From Octopus vulgaris (Eukaryota), in contig OX597817.1 of NCBI GenBank assembly GCA_951406725.2, forward strand, positions 48,732,001 to 48,796,000: DNA of 64,000 nucleotides, written 5' to 3'. Position numbers and translations under genes: made by a program. Below are positions 29,401 through 64,000 of this stretch, piece after piece. A model generated the notes under the pieces. That model was not told where the DNA came from, did no database searches, and worked only from the letters and a program-made list of their open reading frames with translations. The first letter of the stretch is position 1. Each line of letters starts with the position of its first letter.

Positions 29401-29730
29401 TGCCAAAGATCCCAGCAATGCCATCACGCTTCAGGACCAGCTTCTGCAACAGCCTGGGTTTCAAGGGCCCACAGCTTTTTAATATTCTTCCAAAGAGTCT
29501 GAGGAACTTGCACAAAGTAGATTAGCGGTTTTTAAATCAAAGCTGGACATCTTCCTGTCAAGAGTCCCAGATGAACCTACCTCACGGCAAGAGGTGCAAA
29601 TGAGAGTAGCTATATCAAACTCCATTCTTCACCAAGTGCCACATGTTAGACGAGGTTCGTTGTAATAACAGTGTAGCACAAAACGGCGGTGCATCAGCAT
29701 GGCCGCGGATCTGAGCTGAAACTAGAAAAA
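26438..29730 (+). mobile_element. LINE (CR1/L2/Crack-like group) ORF2: APE endonuclease + reverse transcriptase, several frameshifts and stops
   Basis: APE motifs [31 protein letters not shown] and SDH. RT motifs AGPDG, YRPISLTS, QHGFRPGRSC, YLDFAKAFDKVDH, SGVPQGTVLGPLLF and YADD (about 28770). Split over ORFs 26644-27000, 26988-28607, 28564-28755, 28745-29380 and 29343-29525. Confidence 0.93.
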
Positions 29731-29753
29731 ATATATATATATATGTGTGTGTG

Positions 29754-29839
<86 letters not shown>

Positions 29840-29970
29840 TTTATATATACACACACACATATATATATATATAACGAGAAGCTTTATGAAAATAAACAAA
29901 AGACGAAGGCAGGTGGAGTACAAACAAACAATTGTATTAGTATGGCGCTCAGGAATATAAATAAAAAAAG

Positions 29971-30008
29971 TCTTTTACGTTTCGAGCCTACGCTCTTCAA
30001 CAGAAAGA
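29971..30008 (-). ncRNA. Minimal hammerhead-like motif (A6U core)
   Basis: UCUUU-CUGUUGA-A-GAGC(GUAG)GCUC-GAAAC-GUA-AAAGA. Confidence 0.5.
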
Positions 30009-30083
30009 TACACAGAAAAGAAACACAGAAAGAAACAAGGAGAGAAAAAAATGCGTGCAGAGGCTAGCGAATCAACATGGCGA

Positions 30084-30199
<116 letters not shown>

Positions 30200-30598
30200 A
30201 AAAAAGAAGTTTGAAAATGCCACTATATTAGATGAATTTTAATTTTTCCATGTTTCGGTTCTTGAAATAACGAACCTTATCAAAAAGATTTTTTTTATAA
30301 TAAAGAGTATAATGGAGTAGTTCATAATTGTTTCATACATTCAATAGAGTCCATGCTATATACATAAAAAGTATAATGGAACAGTTCATAATTGTTACAT
30401 ACATTCAATAGAGTCCATGCTATATACATTCAATAGAATCCATGTTCTTGAAAGGCGAAAAATATATTATAAGGTGTAAGTCGTTCTTTACTGTTTTATC
30501 AAGTGTAGTGCAGGAGTTCATTATAGATTTTACCTTGTGTTCCGATGGGAGCAACAGTAGTGATTCTTGGTTGTCGTAATTTTGGTCAACTTTGGTCA

Positions 30599-30677
<79 letters not shown>

Positions 30678-30729
30678 GTGAAGGGAAGAAATGGAGCTGA
30701 ACGAAGATTCTACAAAATTCCTTTTATTA

Positions 30730-30811
30730 TTTTCTACACGTTTCAAAGGCTGCAAATTTCCAAATTCGGATTGAATAAGGAGACCATTTTGCAGCTTTCT
30801 CTTCAGGAAAA
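30730..30811 (-). ncRNA. Type-I hammerhead ribozyme motif, canonical core, long stem II
   Basis: UUUUC-CUGAAGA-GAAAGCUGCAAA...UUUGCAGCCUUU-GAAAC-GU-GUA-GAAAA. Confidence 0.65.
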
Positions 30812-31004
30812 TCCAGGAATTTAAATCTCCAAACAAATGCGCAGCAAGCTATTCGAACAAAACGCTCCCTAGGAGCCCATGGTATGGCACAAAACACCCC
30901 ATGGTCGTAACCTCAACCGTGTTTTTTCTGTTGTGATTTTTGCTACCCAGGTATCGGTTAAATCTTGAATAATCCGTAACAAGATAATTCATTTATCCAT
31001 TTCA

Positions 31005-31101
<97 letters not shown>

Positions 31102-31425
31102 AGTAGTGTACATTTAAACATAAGAGAAAAATGCCTTCGACAGGCAGTTTTTACACGCTAGAAGAAGCAGTCAAAACGACCAAAACCACATTTAAGAGCA
31201 ATTTTCGAAGGGAATGAAAAATAAAAACTTTTTCCTTGTTATTTTACTCCGGTCAGACCTAGGTTTCTAAATTTTTATTTAACAAATAAAATAATTTTCA
31301 AGGCGAATTTTTCATCAGTGACCGCACCATAATACTAACCTGTGATTAAGAGACGATTAACACGTGTCTTTTCGTTATACATTAGAATATTTCAAATTCA
31401 CCACGCAAGCGCAGTTTCATTCGTG

Positions 31426-31501
<76 letters not shown>

Positions 31502-32511
31502 TTGGTGTGTGAAAGCCCGTGGTTGAATGTATAAAAAACAAAAAAAGTGAAAAAGCTACAGAAGGCTTGTGTTGTATGGTTAAAGAATATATTTAAATTG
31601 TTATGTTAGAAAAATGTTATAACATTTTGCGTATAGTAACATAGTTTTGGAAGAAATAACCGGTTTCGTTTTTCTTTCTCAAATTTCTTTTCTTAAATCC
31701 TCTCATATCTTCGCTGTGTTGTGAAATATTGTGTTTCAGGCAGGGGAAGATAATCAGGGATCTTTTTCCGGTATAAGGGAGCAGTGTAAAGCCCATATAA
31801 GCGGGTAGCAGTTTGGTACGATAATATTGTATTTGTTCACGTATGTATAAACAATATACCCACCTGGATACTTCGGAGTATTTTTATGTGTGTGTATGTA
31901 TGTGCATACATACGAGGTGGTGCGGAAAAGTTCTTGGCTTTAAGGGTAGCGAGAAAGGCCTGGCTCGAGGACCAACAGTCTGAGCTTTAAGTTTTTAAGT
32001 TTAAGTTAAAGTTTTTAAGTTTATCTCTAAAGATTTTGTATTCTATTCAGAGCGAAACTTAGTGGGTATTTAAGCAATGTGTTCGCGGATAGTTAGTGGG
32101 TTGGATGAAGTGCTGAGGAAAGAGAAATTACTCTTGAAATATGCATATATACTCATCGCTTAATTGTTTTCTCTCTTCGATCGTATTGTTTACACAGATG
32201 TATTCGGACACGAAACGCCGTAACTTGGAGCATGATAACACAACGAATATGAACGCTGGTCTGATTCCAGGTTCCAGAAAGTGAAGTCCTTGTCTCTCAG
32301 AGAAGCATAACATTATAGCATTTCGTACTTCTGAACGAAATATTTGCATGGAGAATTCTTGCAGAAACTAAGATTGTTGTTTCTTGAGGAAGTTCCACCT
32401 ACCAATTCGCTAGAATAGTTTATTTCTTGCAAAATGGATTTGCCGAAACCTGAAAGACGATCATATAAATTGATAAACATTGATTTATTCATTATCCCTT
32501 AAACTGCGTGA

Positions 32512-32845
32512 AAGCGCATAGCTCAGGGTTTAGAGCGTCGAACTTACGACTGTGAGGTTGTGAGTTCGAATCCCGGACCGGGCTGCGTGTTGTGTTCTTG
32601 AGCAAGACACTTGATTTCACGTTGTTCCAATTCACTCAGCTGTAGAAATGAGTTACGACGTCTCAAGTGCCAAGCTGTATCAGCCTTTGCCTTTCCTTTG
32701 GATAACACTTGCGGCGTGGAGAGGGGAGGCCGGTATGAATGGGCGACTGTTGGTCTTCCATAAAACAACCTTGCCCGGACCTGTGCCTGGGAGGGTAACT
32801 TTCTAGATGCAATCCCATGCTCAGACATGACCGAAGGGGGTCTCA
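32512..32845 (+). mobile_element. tRNA-headed SINE (related to family C; a degraded minus copy lies at about 57530-57733)
   Basis: GCGCATAGCTCAGGGTTTAGAGCG...GAGTTCGAATCCCGG head followed by GTGTTCTTGAGCAAGACAC. Confidence 0.72.
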
Positions 32846-33416
32846 GCATAACTAATACTGCATTAACAATAGCCGCTCTCCTTGCGTGTAGTATTTCGCT
32901 TATGATGAAGAGCGAAATTAAATCCGTTGCCATTACTAACACTATGAATTCTCCCCCCGTAGACTATAAATTTGTAGTTAGTTTAGAAACGACATTTTTA
33001 ACTGTTGAGAAGACGCAGCTGCTAATCAGCTAGCTTGGTGACAGTGGTAGTCACCGCCAATATTCTTTTCTAAAAATCATACGTCAGTACAATTGTTGCT
33101 TTCTTTTCAAAGAAAACCACTCATCACAGCGGTTCCCTGAAATGGATTCGAACCATCACTCTTCTGAATTGAACAGTAATTACCACTACTGCGTCAAAAG
33201 AAAAACTTTTGCATGAAATAAAAATTCCAAACAATGGGCAATTCCAAGAATACACTATTATAAACGAAAGATCGGATCACACACTCATATTCTGAGAACC
33301 TCGGAGCTCCACATGCTGATTGTCTGTTTTGAAAACAAACACACAAGACACCTCAGTAAACTCCCGTCCCGAAGAACATTGTGTAGGTATTGTAAATGAT
33401 GAAAATTTATTTAAAA

Positions 33417-34228
33417 CTAGCATTAAAGACCCGTCGTTGCCGGGTCATAGTGCTAGTGCGTGTATATATGTGTATATATATGTGTACATATTACATGTAC
33501 ATCTATATATATACATCTACACATAAAATGCAAAATACAAAGTTATATCTTGATATCGCTAGTGATAACAATACTCTAAATATATAACAGACTGGAATTG
33601 TTAGCTCTTCTTTTTTCTCTACATTGTATACTTTATAGACAATAGTCTTTTCTTTAATTTAATTTTTTTATTATCCATCTGGACTATTCCCTTTCTGCAC
33701 GCTAATTTTATTTTTAATTTAATTCCCATTCATGTGAAACCACTTATTCAAGTTCAAATCATTGATGCAATTTTATACCAATTGCTATTTTTACTTTTGT
33801 TATGTTACGATTATATTATACTTTAGTTTGATTTTAATTATTACTTACTACATATAATTCAATTGTTATTATTATTTTTATTGTTAAAGTGAAAGTATCT
33901 GACATAAAATAGAGAAATATTTTTGTTTCACTTTTAACACGTAATACTGAAATAGTGGAGAAGATATGATATTGCTATGGGCTCGCTCTAGGCAAGAAGT
34001 TGAACATTTTTTTTGCCCATGAAACTACATGGACTCTAAGTAAGGCATGTGTAAAATTTGAATGAAATTGGTTGTGTAGTTCTCAAGTTTTAGGGAATCG
34101 TAGTGGAGAAGATATGATATTGCTGTGGGCTCGCCCTAGGCAAAAATGACACTCCCCAGACCCTAAGTAAAGCATGTGTAAAATTTGAATGAAATTGGTT
34201 GTGTAGTTCTCAAGTTTTAGGGAAACAC

Positions 34229-34259
<31 letters not shown>

Positions 34260-34287
34260 CATTATCAGTTTTATATATATATAAAGA
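33417..34287 (-). mobile_element. Non-autonomous Helitron
   Basis: On the minus strand it starts A|TC-TTTATATATATATAAAA with a (GTCT)n tract. It ends with the hairpin GACCCG-N7-CGGGTC followed by CTAG|T. No TSD. Internal duplication of about 120 bp at roughly 33950-34225. Confidence 0.8.
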
Positions 34288-34724
34288 TAATGAAAGACTG
34301 GGGAAAGACTGAATTGCCAGATAACTGGGGAGAGAATATGGAGGTGGTACTATCTAAATGCCAACTGGATGAACTTCAAAATGAACTTAAGAACGTTTAC
34401 GTGTTGATTTATGGGGGATTAGACAAGAAAAAGAAAAAGGAACTTGAGAGGCGTTGCGGGGTAATATTAGAGGACTATGTAGAGTTTTATTCGATTAGGT
34501 AAGAGGGCAAGCAAGTGATGTTGACATCGCTTTCATTACTCATTTCACCCCTTTCATCTTTATCATGGGCTTATTGTGTTTTTTACATTTGATGTTTTGT
34601 GTCCCCAATGTTATGTATTGTCCCATTCTGTGTATAGCCCATTGTGGGTAATAAAAAATCATGCTGATAGTCTGTTTTTCTGTCTGTCGCTTTCTCTCTC
34701 TCCTTCCACACACACACACACACA

Positions 34725-34758
<34 letters not shown>

Positions 34759-35022
34759 CACTCACACATACACACGGCCTTACTACACAAACAGAGTGCT
34801 CTCTCGCACTTTTTGCTGTATTTCAGATTCTCAGGTCTCCAGTAACACATTTCTGAATGTTCCCACAAACCTTATTCTTATATTTACCTCCCCACTACAA
34901 CAATAAACCCCTGCTGCCTAGTGGGGCAATTCATTGAACATTTAAAAAAAGTCTAAAGAGTTAAACCTTTACAGAAAAACCTTTACAGAAAATCCCTATG
35001 TACGTTTATAGTTGACCAATAA

Positions 35023-36920
35023 AAGGCGGCAAGCTGGCAGAAACGTTAGTAAAGAAATAGGTATTTCGTCTGCCGTTTCATTCTGAGTTCAAATTCCGCC
35101 GAGGTCGACTTTGCCTTTCATCCTTTCGGGGTCGATAAATTAAGTACCAGTTACGCACTGGGGTCGATATAATCAACTTAATCCGTTTGCCTGTCCTTGT
35201 TTGTCCTCTCTGTGTTTAGCCCCTTGTTGGTAGTAAAGAAATAGGTATTTCGTCTGCCACCACGTTCTGAGTTCAAATTCCGCCGAGGTCGACTTTGCCT
35301 TTCATCTTTGCGGGGTCGATAAATAAAGTACCAGTTTCGCACTGGGGTCGATATAATCGACTTAATCCGTTTGCCTGTCCTTGTTTGTCCCCTCTATGTT
35401 TAGCCCCTTGTGGGCATTAAACAAATATATACTTGACCAATATCTATGCATCTCTTGCGGTTCCGTGGATGCTGCAAATGTATGGATTTGTCTTTCCTTC
35501 GTTTCGTATCCATGAGTAGTGAAGCTATAAGTGTACTTTAGATAAGTTACTTGCTTATGGAAAAAGCCCCGGGTGGTTGAGTCATTCTCTCTTCAATACT
35601 AAAATAACGCAATAACTCTCTTCAATATTGAAATAACGCAAAAGGCGGCGAGCTGGCAGAATCGTTAGCACGCCGGGCGAAGGGCTTAGTGGTATTTTGT
35701 CTGTCCTTACGTTCTGAGTTGAAATTCCGCCGAGGTCGACTTTGCCTTTCATCCTTTCGAGGTCGATAAATTAAGTACAAGCTGCGTACTGGGATCGATT
35801 TAATCGCCTGGCCCCCTCCCCCCAAATTTCGGGCCACGTGCCTAGAGTAGAAAAGAATCGTTAGTACGCCGAGCGAAAGGCTTAGTGGTATTTCGTCTGC
35901 CGTTACGTTCGGAGTTCAAATTCCGTCGAGGTCGACTTTGCCTTTCATCCTTTCGGGATCGATTTAATAAATACCAGTTGTGCATTGGGGTCGATATAAT
36001 CGACTTAATCCGTTTGTCTGTCCTTGTTTGTCCCTTCTGTGTTTAGCCCCTTGTGGGTAGTAAAGAAATAGGTATTTCGTCTGCCATTATGTTCTGAGTT
36101 CCAATTCTGCCGAGGTCGAGTTTGCCTTTTATTCTTTCGAAGTCGATTAAATAAATACCAGTTACGCACTGGGGTCGATGTAATCGACTTAATCCGTTTG
36201 TATGTCCTCGTTTGTCCTTTCTGTGTTTAAACCCCTGTGGGAAATAAAGAAATATTTATTTCATATAAAAATAACACATAAGGCGGCGAGCTGGCAAAAA
36301 TTTTAGCACGCCGGGCGAAATGCTTAGCGGTATTTCGTCTGCAGTTACATTCTGAGTTCAAATTCCGCCGAGGTCGACTTTGCCTTTCATTCTTTCGGGG
36401 TCGATAAATTAAGTACCAGTTACACACTGGGGTCGATATAATCGACTTAATCCGTTTGTCTGTTCTTGTTTGTCTTCTCTGTGTTTAGTCCCTTGTGGGT
36501 AATAAAGAAATAGGCATTTCGTTTGTCTTTACGTTCTGAGTTCAAATTCCGCCGAGTTCGACTTTGCCTTTCATCCTTTCGGGGTCGATTAAATAAGTAC
36601 CAGTTGCATACTGCGGTGGGTCTAATCAACTTAATCCGTTTGCCTGTCCTTGTTTGTCCTCTCTCTGTTTAGCCCCTTGTGGGTAGTAAAGAAATAGGTA
36701 TTTCGTTAGCGGTATATCTGAGTACCTTTTTGAACTCAGTGTGCTTACATAAATTTCGTTAGCGGTATATCTGAGTACCTTCTGAGTACAAATTCCGCCG
36801 AGGTCGACTTTGCCTTCGATCCTTTCGTGGTCGGTGAATTAAGTACCAGTTGCGTACTGGGTCGATCTAATCGACTGGGCCCCTCCCCCACCAAAAAAAT
36901 TTCAGGCTTTGTGCCTCGAA
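35023..36920 (+). mobile_element. Cluster of family B SINEs, about eight core units
   Basis: Heads at about 35023, 35642 and 36281 with iterated cores of about 180 bp. Confidence 0.8.
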
Positions 36921-37102
36921 TAGTAAAAATATTAAAATAACACAATTAAAAATTAATAAACTCTAAACAAATGCAAAAAATCTAATATAGTTTAATGGTT
37001 AGAGATGTATCAAAATGTAATACAAAAGATTTATATTGAGGTTTATTATCGTTTTTTTCTACTATTATTTCTTGGTTAACAGACTTGGCGTTATAAGTAA
37101 TT

Positions 37103-63879
<26,777 letters not shown>

Positions 63880-64000
63880 CTATATACAAGAACAGAAAAC
63901 AAAAGCGCAATAAGACGGTGAATTAAAATTTTTTTTTAAGTAAACACAACGGATAAAGAAAAATGAGAATGAAATTAAAAAAAAGATTAAGCTATTATTT

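Noticed and set aside
33125-33200. tRNA-like sequence on the minus strand (GGTTCGAATCC)
   Set aside because: No convincing cloverleaf or acceptor stem. Probably a decayed SINE head.

Overview
Eukaryotic, AT-rich, microsatellite- and SINE-dense DNA. The repeat families point to a coleoid cephalopod, probably Octopus (inference). The only host gene I can support is the 3' part of a minus-strand SLCO/OATP organic anion transporter, closest to the SLCO4 type. It has nine in-phase GT-AG exons from 63879 down to the stop at 37103, and its 5' exons lie beyond the window. The rest is transposon-derived: a degenerate Penelope-like element (RT + GIY-YIG, about 8.9-11.6 kb), an inverted Penelope fragment pair (45.9-46.7 kb), a frameshifted APE-RT LINE (26.4-29.7 kb), an R4/Dong-like REL-endonuclease fragment, RTE-like 3' ends, a fold-back mariner derivative, MITEs, non-autonomous Helitrons and three tRNA-derived SINE families. 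Two observations stand out. (1) About a dozen minimal type-I hammerhead-ribozyme-like motifs are scattered through the window. Several lie just 3' of Penelope ORFs, and several carry a compensatory U3:A8 core (UUGANAA) instead of C3:G8. (2) An 8-kb composite satellite (18.5-26.4 kb) has amplified a Helitron/LINE chimeric junction four times. No prokaryotic-type systems (CRISPR, operons, rRNA) are supported. Most ORFs in the supplied track are microsatellite artefacts. All coordinates were read by eye.
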